From the human T2T-CHM13v2.0 reference genome, Homo sapiens, in assembly GCF_009914755.1 (NCBI RefSeq), contig NC_060932.1: DNA of 64,000 nt. One strand, written 5' to 3'. The notes below the pieces were generated by a model that made no database searches, was not told where the DNA came from, and saw nothing but the letters and a program-made list of their open reading frames with translations. This document shows positions 1 through 13,400 of the stretch, one piece after another. The position numbers were made by a program, and so were the translations under genes. Within the stretch, counting starts at the first letter, position 1, and the number at the start of each line of letters is the position of its first letter.

Positions 1-428
1 TAAAAGCAGTATCCACTGGAGGGACTTGGCTGAACTGAGGGAGGCAGAATGGAAAAAAACAATGGCCCAAGCAGGGAAATGTTATTAGAAAAGTTCAGCT
101 GTGTCTAATCCAGGTGTCGGGGGTTAGAAGAGTGGTTGAGGGCACACACTATAGTGCACAAATTCCACCTTGCAGAAAGCTGGTCTGACTTTGTACCATG
201 GTATCAATTAATTAGTTGTGGATGCTCCAGGGTATGCGTGAGTGGAGGGCTTTCATGGGGTGTAAACTCCCAGGCACGTGGGGTCAGGGGACTCCTCTCT
301 GCAGTGGGCAATTCTCCAATGAAAGTTGTGTAGGTGAAAGCCATGATCTGCAGCATTTGCAGCAGCTAGGTGAGGGTGTCCCCAGGAGCAAAGAAAAATC
401 TGGGTAGGACACTAACAACATCTGTTGT
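1..428 (-). mobile_element. Old ERVL-class LTR (LTR16/LTR33-like), probable 3' LTR of the adjacent ERV-L fossil
   Basis: Ends ...ctgggtaggacactaacaacatctgttgta, resembling the reverse-complemented start of LTR16/33-type LTRs; abuts ERV-L internal sequence. Confidence 0.5.
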
Positions 429-2870
429 ATTCTTCTCTTTAAATCTCTCACATCCACTTGATTATCATATGAGTTCTCTCTATCCAAGTGTAGCATTCCC
501 AGGATTCTCTGGGAACTTACCAGAGGAAGGTTGGTGGGACAGACTATAGTCTCCAAAGCTACAGTGTGTCACGAGACTACAGCTAGTATTCAACACCACT
601 CTCCTTTCTCTACCACCCTTTGTAGATTTGGCTCCATCTCAGCTAACACTTCTCTGGTCCAGGTTAGTTTTCTTCTGTAAGGGGTGGGAGCCTCTGATTT
701 GCATGCACTTATCAGCCTGTGGCTGCTGTACTTGCCCAGTGACAGTTGGGTCTGGGAGCACCAAGAGATGCCATCATGGAACACTATAGTGGGAAACATA
801 TTACCTTTCCTGCCTTTATTACGAGTTCTCACCACTCTCCCTGTGGAAGGAAGTACATGAAATGTGCTTATCACCAAATGGCCAGCTGGTCTCCAAGAAG
901 AATGGTACCATTTGGGGGACTGACACCTGTTCTTTTTTGCTGACATGTCAAAATTCAGTGAGGGCAGTGGCTACACAATCCCTGATGAGAGGGAACTCCA
1001 GTTATTGGGCCCAGCACAGCCTGCACCTCTGCCACCATAGCAGTGGTATTCATGAGCCCATCTGTAAGCATGGGAGTATCAAAGAACAAAGGCAAGTTGA
1101 CATCAGTCAAGCAATCCATCCTGTCTACGTGGTTGTTTAGTGACTACTCTGCAGTGGATGCTTTCTGGTAGGAATTAACATACAATAAAAATATTTTCAC
1201 ACTTTTTGTCAATTTGTAAGTCTATCCATATAATCTTGCCTAATCAAGCATCATTCACTACTGCCCATTGGGACATATATGTCTCTACCTTGGATTATTT
1301 CTGCTTCCACACAAAGCAGATGATGTGGTGCAAGGCTCAAGCCCCTAGCCCTTAGAGCATTTCCCTCATCATAGTCTCTTAGGGAATTTTTGAGTAGGGT
1401 CAGGGCATAGCAGCAGTTCTGGCTTGCACAAACTTGCTGAGCTGACCCATCTGTAAATCAGGCTTGGGCATTTGCTTCCTTTTTTAGCTGGTTGTGGGGA
1501 ACCCCTCATGAGGCTACTGGTGTGAATTGAAAGAGACCTATCAAGGCAACACTGGCCAATGACATGGAGGCCTTAGCCACCTGTTTCTGAAGCCTAGGTC
1601 TTCCCTTTGCACTATGTAAGCCCACTGTCAATGTTTCACTCCTACCTTATAACTGATGGATGCTGCATGGCCTGACAATAGAAGCCATTGTATGCAACAG
1701 TACGGATCTAATGGTGGGCAGTGACAGCCTTATGGGCAGTTTGGTGTGCTGTATCCAGATGCTCTCTTTCTCAGGGCCTGGTAGCATGCCAGAAGCTGCT
1801 TTTCAAATGGTATTTGGACTTTGCTGCAGGCAGCCTGGTCTTACTCTGAGAATCTAGGGCCTGCACTGTGCCTCTCTTATTGACTCTTGCTGGAGGTGCC
1901 ACATGGTGTCTTTTCCCAACACAGAAACATTTAGTACCAGGGGTTCTGCCAGGCCATATGGCCCAATTTGCAGAGACGGCTGTAGAGCAGCCAAGACCTG
2001 CTGCTGAAATTTGCTTTAGACTCCACTCAAAACTAGCAGTTATCATATCATCTAAAAAGTGGGTCCGAGAAGTATTCCTAAGTATGGAATATGCTGCCTC
2101 TAAAACTCAGAGGCCTACCAGTGGTTGTGATTCTTTCCTAATAGTTGAGGTACAAGTTGCAATACAATAGAGGATATGGTGGTTGTAAAAATATATCCAC
2201 AAAATTTTTGATACTCTTCTCAAAAGATGAAGCTTAATCCCAGCAAGCCAGCCCTGTTGTCATGAGGATATCCAGGAAGCCTGTGGAAAGGCCTGAGGAA
2301 CTGAGGTCTGCAGCGATAGCCATGTGAATGTGCTTGGAGGTCAATCCTAGCCCAGGCAGGCCCTGAGGTGTCAGAAGCCCCAGTTATTGGTTACACAGCA
2401 ACAAGTGACTAATATAGGAAAGAAATGTTTTGGCAGGCCCCAGATACCAGGATCCAAAAATCTTTATCAATGCGGCCTCTGAGTCTTTGTAGAGTTTCCT
2501 TCCCATAGTCTGAATAACATGAGTCTTACCAAGATATATCAATACTTGTCACATTCCAATGACCATGATTCCGTTAATGCAATGAACCAATGAGATATTT
2601 TTAGGAATTTTAGATGATCCAGGAGAGAGCAAGGGAGATACCACAGACTTTCCATTCTATGCCCATTTCATGTTAGGATACATTGCTTCTGATTCTTCTG
2701 CCTATGAGTAAGAAAAATAATAATTTCCCAGACCAGTAACTGTATAGCAGGGACATGAGATTAGGTTCGTCTACTCCAGCAAAGCTACCATATCCTGCAT
2801 AAGAGCTGTAACTCACTGTGGTAATTTATGGTTACCTGCCCTAATTCCACATGGTAGTATAAACCATCTC
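429..2870 (-). mobile_element. Decayed ERV-L internal region (pol: RT, RNase H, integrase), interrupted by an MLT1F-like LTR
   Basis: Minus-strand peptides match ERV-L Pol: LVHCINGIMVIG (2555-2590, decayed LVHYIDDIMLIG), RQHIPYLGILLGP (2061-2099), PFEKQLLACYQAL (1772-1810), AQA*FTDGS (1441-1469), RWAHEYHCYGGRG...CQQ (about 940-1065); many stops and frameshifts. Confidence 0.85.
2175..2416 (+). mobile_element. MLT1F-like MaLR LTR, internally deleted
   Basis: Starts tatggtggttgtaaaaatatatccacaaaatttttgatactc, ends ttacacagcaacaagtgactaatata (MLT1 termini). Confidence 0.75.
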
Positions 2871-5800
2871 ATATTTTGCCATTTTGCGAGAAAATGGTAA
2901 ATAATTCATTAGCATTTGTTGTGAGGCATTAAAAAATACCACACTAATATATTAACTGAGCAAGGAAATGAGAGAAAAGGAGTAAAGTAAAATCAAAAGA
3001 TAATATCACTGATGCTAATTTCCTGATTTTATGTGTTTTAGAGATTAATAATATGTCAAGCATTGTGTATTTCAAAGATTATTGAGAGCAAAATGTAATT
3101 GTGTAAACTTTTTGTTTAAATTGTGTAAACTTTTGTGGTAAAGTACTAAATCATTTTGTTGGGATATCTTGAAAACAATTTTATCCTACTGGAAAATGTT
3201 TATCTTCTTTATGTTCTTTAAGAGGCATTTTAATCTGGGATCTCAGGCTGTACTGTGTGCATTCCAGCAGTTAAAAAAGCCATTGGAGCAACAGACCATT
3301 GAAATCATCGCTGTCCTAAAGATACAGTTTAACAATGGCAAACAAAAACAAAAACGAAAAATGTACTGCAATCAGACCACAGTGTATAAAAGAGAGCAAA
3401 GACAGTGGCTGTAATTTCAATTCCAGAGATTACGTAGTAGAAGAAATAATGAAGACACTTGATACTGATGAAAACCTGTGAGGACAACAAAGAAACCTGA
3501 GTATTACTTGTATTAGAAATGGAATTTTAGTTAAGTTAACTGATTGGTATCTGACAGGAGATAAATGATAGAATTTTAGTATCAGTGTCTTTATTTTCTT
3601 GATGAAGAAACAGATGACCATGGATTGGGTCTTGTAGCAAAATAGCAGGCCTTGTCAGTAGGAAAACAGCATGGCCATCTGGCTTCCTGGTGCTGTGCTG
3701 CCCTATCTGTTTTCTTACAAGAAGGCTGTCTAAAAGAAGGGCAGCAGTCACAGCCAAGGCAGGCCGTGCATGGACGTCTCTTTGCCAGTTACCTTAGTAG
3801 TCTTCCACTGAGTTAGCTTTTGGTTACCACCTTAAACAAGCAATTTGGGTAAACAAGCAATATCTCTTTTAGATATAATTTTAAAACAATTTATTAGATT
3901 TAATTGGCATATGATAAATTGCACTCTTCAAATGCACAAGTGGATAGCTTTTGATAGGTGTACACCTGTGAAACTATCAAAGTATAACGAACATCAATAA
4001 TGAACATCAATATTGTTCATTGTTAAAGACAATGAACATCCTATTTATCATTCCCAAAAGAATCTCCTATCCTTTGGTAATGCCTCCCTCTTGAGTCTTC
4101 CTGACCTCTCCTCATTCCCAGGCAATGATGTTACTTTAAATAAGTTTGCATTTTCCAGAACTTTATGTGAAGAGTACTGTATATACTATGATCTTTGTAT
4201 TTCCTCTTTAACTAAATAGTTATTTTGAGATTAATATATGTGTTTGTCTGTTTAATAAATTATTTCTTGCTATTGCTGGGTAGAATTCCACTGAATGGAT
4301 ATACAGCAATTTATCTATAATTTCATCTTTTGGGCATTTGGATTGATTCCAGTTGTAGGTAATGACAAATTAGCTGGCTACAAATATTTGTCTAGAAGTC
4401 TTTGTATGGCTATGGACTTTAATTTCTCTTGTGTAAATACCTAAGAGTATAATTCCTGAGTCATATAGTAAATGTATGCTTAACATTCTAGTAGAAACTT
4501 GTATTGTTTTTCAAAGTGCTTGTACTGTTTTACATTCCCACCAGCATTGCTTGGGTTTCAGCGCATGCTTGCTAACACTTTGTTAAGTAAGTAACTATGA
4601 GTTTAGACATGGTCGTGGATGTGAAATCCCATTGTGGTTTTAACTTTCCCAGTAACTAATGATTTTGAGCATATTTTCATGTTTTTTTTTTGCAATGCAT
4701 ATATCTTTTTTTGTGTAGGATCTATTCAAATGTTTGTCCACTTTTAAAGTTATGTTTCTTGTTTTCTTATTGTTGAGTTTGGAGAGTTTATTTTCATATT
4801 TTGAATACATCATTTATGTGACTTCATAATCCTTTCTTCCAGTCTGTGGCTTGTCTTTCATTAATTAGTTTAACACTGTATTTTGAAGCCAAGAAATTCA
4901 CAATTTAAATAACACCAAATTTGTGATATTTAAATTTTCTTTTATTCATGCTTTTGCTATTCTAATTTTTTTTTTGCCTGACTCAAGATCACAAAGATTT
5001 TTTCCTGTAATTTTTTTCCAGAAATTTCATATTTCTACATTTAATATTTGGGTATTATCTATTTTTATTATTTTTTGTTTATGTTGCAATGTATAGATCA
5101 AAGTTTTTTTCTATATATACTTACAACTGATCATTTGTTAAAAAGATTATTCGTTTTCTACAGATTTGTCTTTAAACTTTTGTCAAAAACAAATTGACCA
5201 TATTTGTGTGGGTGTACCATGTTTGTATGGGTGTACTTTTACACTATTCTGTTTTCTTGATCTGGTTTTCTATTTTGATGCTGATATCACACCTTGATTA
5301 TTGTAACTGCATAAGTCTTGAAGTCAAATGTTGTTTCTTCATCTTTTGAGATGACCATTGTTTTTAGTCTGATTATATGGTGAATTATATTATTATCGGC
5401 CTATTTATTGTCAGCCTTGCATTTTTTTGTATTATCCTTTTTTATATTGTTTGATTAGACTTATCAAAATTTTGTTAAGGATTTTTGTACCTATGTTCAT
5501 GATGGACACTCGTCTACAATTTTCTTGTCATGCCCTTGCCTAGATTTTATATAAAAATCTTGGTGGCCTCATTGAATGAGTAGATATTTTCCTCCTCTTT
5601 ACAATTCTACAAGATTTCATGTAAAAATTATATTATTTCTCAAGTAATTGGTAGAATTCCTCAGCAAAATGATATGGGTCTATGGGTTTATTTGTGGGAA
5701 CTGAAGTTTCGATTTCTGTGATTGATGTAGGGCTATTCAGATTGTTTATTTATTTTTAATGAGCCTTGATGATTGTGTTTTTAAAATAATTTGTCATCTA

Positions 5801-6612
5801 AGTTGTATAACTTACTGGCATAAAGCTGTTCACAATTTTTTTTTGTTATCATCTTAATATGTCTAGAATCTGTAGTGATATCAATTTCATCATTCATAGT
5901 ATTGGTAATTTGTGTCTTTATTAACTTTCTAAAAACCACAGCTTTGAGATTCATTGTTTTTTCTCTACTTCTTTTTCTGTTTCTTATTGATTTTGATTAC
6001 TACTACTACTGTCATTATTGTTATTAGCTTCTGGAATCGATTTGCTCTTTTTTTGCTTGTTTGTTTTGGTTTTATTTTGTTTTAAGGTAAAAGCTGATAT
6101 TATTGACTTGAAACTTTTTTCTTTTCTAATCTTGGTGGTAAGGCTGTAAAATTTTCCCTAAGGTCTGTTTTAGCTATATCCCACAAAATTTAATATATTA
6201 GCCTTTTATTTCTATTTATTTAAACATAATTTCTAATTTCCCTTTCAATTTCTTCTTTGCTTCATGGGTTATTTAGAATTGTGCTATTCAGATTTTGAAT
6301 ATTTGGGGGTATTCAAAAATATTTTTTGTTGATAATTTCTAATTTAATTCTGTGGCAGTCAGAGAACTTACTTCTGGTGGTTTGAATCCTTTAAACGGTA
6401 GTGAGACTTATTTATGGTCCTGAATTCTTTTAAACATATTGAGACTTGTTGATGGTCCATATTAGGTCTCTCTTGCTAAATGTTCCATGTACTTTTAAAA
6501 ATAATAAATTTTCTGCCCTTATTGGATGGAGTGGAGTAATCCATAAATGTCAGTTAGTGCACATTGGTTAATGGTGTTGCTTGAGTATTCCATATTGTGC
6601 AAAAATGGTTAA

Positions 6613-6985
6613 TGTAGCAGAGCTGAGACTGCCTATCCTTAGAAACTTATTCTTGAAAGGTTTACCCTTGACTGGCATCTGGGAACTTGATCGGTAAACA
6701 TTTCCCTTGACTGATATAAAACTTTCTTTGAATGATAAGAGTGGCTCATTGTGCATAGACTGTTTGTGAAAATAATATGGCTTATCCTGAACACGTAATT
6801 TTTTCCTGGGAGTTTGGAATTTCGGTACATCCTAGGCAGAAGGTACCTGTATGACCAGCTCCTAATGAAAATGTGGGTACTGAGTAGCTAATGAGATTCC
6901 CTGAGTGGACATATTGCACACATGTATTTGTATTGCTGGGGGTAATGTACTCTGCATCAACCCTTACAGGAGGGAGAGAGGATAA
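6613..6985 (+). mobile_element. MER68/MER77-like ERVL LTR fragment nested in L1
   Basis: tgtagcagagctgagactgcctatccttagaaa...ctggcatctgggaacttg...gataagagtggctcattgtgc resembles the MER68/77 consensus. Confidence 0.75.
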
Positions 6986-7237
6986 AGTAGCTTATTTATT
7001 TTAATTTCTATTTCTCTAACTTCTTAAACATATGAATTGCAGTTATAATAACTGTTTCACATTCTCATTTAGAAACGTGTTATTTCTGGCTCAGCTTCTA
7101 TTGACTGATTTTTATATCCACTCTGTGTTTCATTTTCCTGCTTCTTAGCATGCCTAATAATATTTGAATTTCACATTAACTTTAGGATCAGCTTGTAATT
7201 TATGTGAAAAATAAAGGTGGAATTTTGATAGAGATTG

Positions 7238-7445
7238 CTTTTTCCAGCTTTTGATAAATAAAAATTGTATATATGTTGGGTATTTAATGTGATGTTTTGA
7301 TACATGAACAGATTGTGAAATAATTGCCACAATCTCTCACCTCACACGATTATGATTTTTGTGTGTGTGGTGAAAACATTTAAGATCTACTGTCTTATAA
7401 AACTCCAAGTATAAAATATAGTATTATTGACCATAGTAGTATTGC
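7238..7445 (-). mobile_element. L1MA9/10-like 3' end fragment
   Basis: aaaaattgtatatat...gtgatgttttgatacatg...gtggtgaaaacatttaagatctac, an antisense L1MA 3'UTR. Confidence 0.65.
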
Positions 7446-7703
7446 TATCTTAACAGCATTAAGACTTTTAACACATGAACATAACATGTTTTTCCATTTA
7501 TGTAGATCTTCTTTAATTTCTTTCAACAATGTTTCTAGTTTTCTATTTACAAATGTGCATTACATTGCACATTTTTGGTTGAATTTATTCTTAATATTTT
7601 ATTTTATTTTCTATTGTAAGTATAATAGTTTTCTTAGTTTAGTTTTTGTATTGTTCATTGATACTATATAGAAATGCAACTGAGTTTTAAATATTGATCT
7701 TGG

Positions 7704-8405
7704 TGTGAAACAGGTTAACTAATTACCAATATTTTCTGAGATCAGACAAGATCACACATGTTCAGACTGGTATGACCATGGTGACTAATTACCAATACTA
7801 AGGAAGGACTCCCATTGCATGGAGGATAACAAAGATCATTGCTATGCCAACCACCAGGAGCAGGATCCAAACACTTTTGTTCACTCCATCCTGGGCTGCA
7901 CCTTTACTATTCACCCAAGTTCAGTTAGATACAACACTCACATTGTACAAGTTATATGGAACAGGATTATTACTTACAGATAGGTGGCAAGGGACAACAG
8001 AAGCCCAGGATCCACAGTGAGCTGGTCAGCCGAGGCTCTGGAGAGCTGTCGGGGGTGGATGGAGTCCTGACTGAACATGCCACACTTGGACTGCAGCTTA
8101 GGGATCCCAAAAGGCAACCCACCTTGAGTTAACTCAGGGGACATGTGAGTTGCTGGGCTAAAGCATTGAAGGGCGTCTTGCTTCTAAGATAAAGACTAAA
8201 GCTCAGGCTATCCTGAGCAATTCTTCTCTAACTCAAGAAGTTCTCTTCCCTAGGAGGGCAAATAACAAAGCCTGGTCTATTTCTAGCAGTTCCTCCCTGT
8301 CTCAGGATATTGCATGCTCACACATGCTTCAACTATTCTGAGAACTACAATCAACAAGACAGAAGAAGACTAGGTCTGTCAAGGCTATACAGAAACTGTC
8401 CAACA
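7704..8405 (-). mobile_element. Solo ERVL LTR (MER54/MER73/MER74 group) with 5-bp TSD
   Basis: TG...CA termini flanked by CTTGG (7699-7703 and 8406-8410); ttattacttacagataggtggcaagggacaacagaagcc motif typical of this group. Confidence 0.85.
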
Positions 8406-10042
8406 CTTGGACTTTGCACTGTTGCTGAATGTGGTTATTAGCTCCGAGAGTTTTTTTTTTAATATTTTGGGGTTTTCTTTATAAAGGATAGATCATCTAC
8501 AAATACTTCTTGCTTTTCAATTTAGATGATGTTTCCTTTCCTGCCCAATTTATCTGGTTAAAACGTCTGATACACTGTTGAATAGAAGAGGCAAGGGCAC
8601 ATGTTCATGTCTTGTTCCTGATATTGGGAGAAAGCATCCCGTTTTTCACCAGTAAGTATGATATTGGCCCTGGTTTTTCTTAGATTGCTTTAATCAGATT
8701 GAGTAAGTTTCATTCTATTCCTATATTGTTGAGAGTCTTATCATGAAATAATGTTGGATTTATCCAAGTATTTTCTCTATTGAGAAAATTATGTCTTTTT
8801 CCCATTTATTCAATTAATATTACGTGTTATGTTTACTAATTTTTTCTATGTTGAACCAAACTTGAATTTCTGAAATAAATCTAATTTGATCATTGTTTCT
8901 AATCTTTTAAACACGTTGCTAAATTAATTTAGTTTGCTAGTATTTGCTGGCAGAATTCACCAAAAAGTCATTTCATCTTGGGTTTTTTGCTGTGAAATAG
9001 TTTTAAAATTACTCTGTCACAAGCCTATTATATTGTCTATTTCTTCTTGGGTTAGTTTAGATGGTTCATGTCTTTCTATAAATGTATCTATGTCATTTGA
9101 TTATCTAATTTGTTACCATACAATTGTGCATAGTATCTTCATAAAAATTTTATATCTGTAAGGCCAAGAGTAATGCTCCTCTTTTCATTTTTGATTTCAG
9201 TAATTTGAGTCTGCTCTCTGTTTTTTGTCAATCTTACTCAAGATTTGCTATTTTGTTGTTCTCTCCAAAATGTTACATATTTGGTTTAATTTTCTCTATT
9301 GTTTGTCTAAGATTTATTTCATTTCTTTCCACTTTAATATTTATTTTTTCTTTCTTTCTGCTTGTTTTGTGTTGAGTTTGCTCTTCTTTCTGTGGATGGT
9401 GAAAGGTTTATTTTAGATCTTTATTGTGCTGTTGTGTAAATATTTAAAGCTATAGATTTCCTTCTAAGTACTGCTTTTGATGTTCCCCATAAGTTTTAGT
9501 ATCTTGTGCCTTTGTTTTCATTAATCTCAAGGTTCTTTTTAATTTTCTGTGTGATTTCTTTCTGACCTATTGTTTATTAGGTGTGGTGTTTAATTTTCAC
9601 ATATTTGTGACTGTGAAAATTATTCTGTCATTGATTTCTAATTTCTTTACATTGTAGTCATACTCTTGTACAATTTTACCATCATTTTAAATTTATTTTG
9701 ACTTTTTTATGGCCTAACATATGGTATATCATGGTGAGTGTTTCATGTGTACTTGAGAAGAATGTGTATTCTGCTGTTGCTAGGTGGAGTGATCTGTAGA
9801 TGTCTGTTAGGTCTAGTTGACTTACAGCATTGTGTAAGTCTTCAATTTCGTTACTGATCTTCTGTCTCCTTTTTCTATACACCATTGAAAATGAGGTATT
9901 GCAGTCTTATTATTGTGAAATGCCTACTTTTCCTCTCAATTTTGGCTTCATGTACTTGTAGCTTTCTTTTTAAGTACTATATATCTTAATATTATTTGTG
10001 CTTCTTGTTGGCTTAATCATTTTATCATTAAAAATGTCTTTC

Positions 10043-10402
10043 GGCTGGGTGCAGTGGTTCATGCCAGTAATCCCAGAACTTTGGGAGGCCCAGTAGCCCA
10101 GTCGGGTGGATTGCTTGAGCCCAGGAGTTTGAAACCAGCCTGGGGTAGATGGTAGAAACCCCATCTACTAAAAAATAGAAAAATTAGCTGAGCATGATGG
10201 CTTGCACCTGTAGCCCCAGCTACTTTAGAGGCTGAGGTAAGAGGATCTCTTGAGTCCAGGAGTTCAAAGTTGCAGTGAGCCAAGATTGCACCACTGCACT
10301 CCAGCCTGGGTGCCAGAACAAGATCTTGTTAAAATAAAATAAAATAAAATAAAATAAAATAAAATAAAATAAAATAAAATAAATAAAATAAAATAAATAA
10401 AA
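10043..10402 (+). mobile_element. AluJ with (TAAAA)n tail
   Basis: Dimeric Alu with J-type ttgagcccaggagttt; pentanucleotide tail at 10330-10402. Confidence 0.95.
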
Positions 10403-13400
10403 TATTTCTTTGTGTCTAGTGACAAATTTTGTCTTAGAATATATTTTGTCTAATATTAGTTTAGTCACTCCAGTTCCTTTGTGATAAGTTTGTGTGACAT
10501 AACTTTTTTCTATTTGTTTACCTTCAAACTATTTGTATATTTGATTATAAAGTGTGTCTATTGTGATAAATATTTTGTTGAGCTATTTTTTTAGGCATTT
10601 CAGCAATATTTGCCTTTTAATTAGAGAGCTTAAATAATTTACATTTTATGTAGTTACCAATAAGTAGAATCTATGTCTATCATTTTCCTATTTGTTTTCT
10701 ATATGTCTTATGCCTTTTTTCTCCCCATTCTTCTATTATTGGTTTCTAGTTTTCAGTAGATACCTTCTATGGTACCATTTTAATTTATTGTTTAATATGT
10801 ATTTTTTAATATGTATTTTTTGAGATTTTCTTCAGTGATTGCCTTGGAGATTACAAATAATATTTTAACTCCTTACAATTTCGTTTAGATAAATACCTGC
10901 TAAATTTTCATAGTATACAGAAAGTTTTCTCCTATATAGCTCCATTTTCTCCCCTCCTTTACGTTATTGTTATACAAATTACATCTTTACACGTGTGTTT
11001 ATATCAGAACATGCATTCACCCAGCTGTCTTTTAAATTACATAGGGCAAAAATACAAGTCAAACAAAAGTTATATTTATACTGTCTAACGTTTACCTATG
11101 TGGTTACCAGTAAGGTGCACTTTATTTCTTCATGTGTTTCCCACTTACTGTTTACTGTCCTTTCCTTTCAACCTGAAATACTCTCCTTTGAATTTCTTGT
11201 AGGGAAATTTTTCCAGGGACAGATTCTCTCAGTTTTAGTTTATTTGGGAATGTCTTAATTTCTCCTTCAATTTTGAAGAGCAGTTTTCTAGATACAGCAT
11301 TGTTTGTTGAAAGATTTATTTATTAGTATTTTTATTTGGTTCTCTTTATGGGACCATGGAAGTCAGAAAGCAGTGGGGTGACACATTTAAAATACTATTA
11401 AATATAGCTGGTTTCGTTTCTATCTCTTTACTGATATTCTCTGTTTTGGTAAGACATTATTCTGATACTTTCTCCTAGTTCTTTAGAATGTAAACTTTCA
11501 CTCTTTGAACATACTTAAAATAGCTAATTTAAATCTTTGTCTAATAAGGTCAATATCTGATATTCTTTAGTAAAGTGACAATTATTATTAATTGCTTTTT
11601 TTCCCTCCTACAGGCCATGGTTTAAAATAATTTTTTATATGTCATTAAAAAATCTGGACATTTAAAATGATATAATGTTTCAATTCCAGAAATAATAATC
11701 TTTCATTTCTCTCTGGTTTGTTGTTGTTGCTGCTTGCTGTAGCTTTGTTTGTTTAGTGAATTTTGTTATCTAATTATTTAATGTCTGCATTCTTTGGCAT
11801 GTGTAGTCATTGATGTCTCAATTCATTTAGCTTAGTGTTTAGCTATTGACTAGGCAGAAATATGCCTCCATTTCTGGAACCATTAAGTCTCTCAGTTTTT
11901 GCTGAGAGGCTTTCTGTGCATGTTGGGGCATGCTTTCAACATTCAGCTAGACACCTTACAGCTCTGCCTGAGCTTTCACTTCTGGCTTGTGCAGTGTCAC
12001 AAGGTCAGCCAGAAGTGACAGCTTAGGACGTTTTCAGGCCTTTTTTGAGAACACCATGTATACCAGCCTGTGAATGCACACAGTCCTATGCATGCATGTG
12101 GACTTCTAGATTTCTAAGGGTATATCAGAGCTTTTAAAAGCCCTTATGGGCATCTCATTCCCAACATTTTCTCCTAAGCTTTTGGTTACTCTATCATTTG
12201 CCCAGACTGCTATCTGGCATCTGAGGCAGTGATGAAGTTAAAACACTTGCCCGTAAATGATTTTGACAAAAGCTCCCTTTAAAGAGATTTTCACACCTGG
12301 CAAGTGCCATGTCAAGTCAAATACAGAAAACCTTGAAAGTGGGTCTTCCTCAGAACCACCAGACAGTTCAAATGATGACAATTCTTTGGGAATGGGGCTT
12401 TGAAAGAGCTCCAGCTTCCTTCTGCTTCCTTTTGCTTCTTTCCAGGTTGATCATGCTGTACCAGGAATGTGTTCTATTATTTTTCAAGGATACTGGGGTG
12501 ATGGAGAAGGGGTAATATGACTAGAGTAAGCTAAAATGCCAAAAAGCTCACTCTTACTGAGATTCAGCAAGTTTTCTTGTATAAATCCTCCTCTGCTGTA
12601 AAACTTTGGTTAATTTCTAGAATGCTAAAAAAGTTTATTCTGATCTTTCTCCTAGTTTTCTTTTGATGTATGAAGAACAAAATGTTCAAAAGTCCCAATT
12701 TCACCATTTTTTTGATATCCTATTCATTGTAATTTTTTATTGGATGTCAGACACAGAATTTTACTTGCTGAGTGCTGGATATTTTTGCCTCTCTGTGATA
12801 TTCTTTAGCTTTGTTTTGATGCAGGACAACTTCTTGAAACAATTTTGATCTTTTTCAGTCTTTATTTTAAGCACTGGTTAAACGAGGTCAGAGCAGTGTT
12901 TATTCTAGTGTTACTTTCTCCTCAATACTAAGACAAACTCTTAGTACTCTACCAAATACCCAATGAACCATAAGGCATTTTAAAATTTGAAAATGCCTGT
13001 GTTGTCAACAGGGCTATGCTCAGATCTGTGTAAACCTCATGTACAGTTCTCTTTATCAATTTTGCTATTTCTTTCTTCCTCTTGGATATTTTCCTCACAT
13101 GTATTTATTTACCAGTATTCAGGTGAAGAGTTAGGGGGATTCTTTGACGTCTTCAGTTTTCTGTGCTGCTCTTTCCTCTTTGGTACTCAGTCCTGTGGAT
13201 TCCTGATATTTTGAGATCTCCGGGCTCCCAATTCCTTATTTCATGGAGACTTGTAGGCTCTTACTGGGTTTCTCCCTCTCTTTATAAGATCTTTAAACTT
13301 TATCAGTTTGTAAGCTGGGAAAATTGTAGTACTCCATTCTTTAGTTCCTCTTTTTGTAGATATCACTGTCCTTCTTTGACTGTTACAATTCAATATTTTA

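Noticed and set aside
2175-2416. MLT1F-like LTR as the cognate LTR of the ERV-L fossil
   Set aside because: Opposite orientation, and pol sequence continues on both sides
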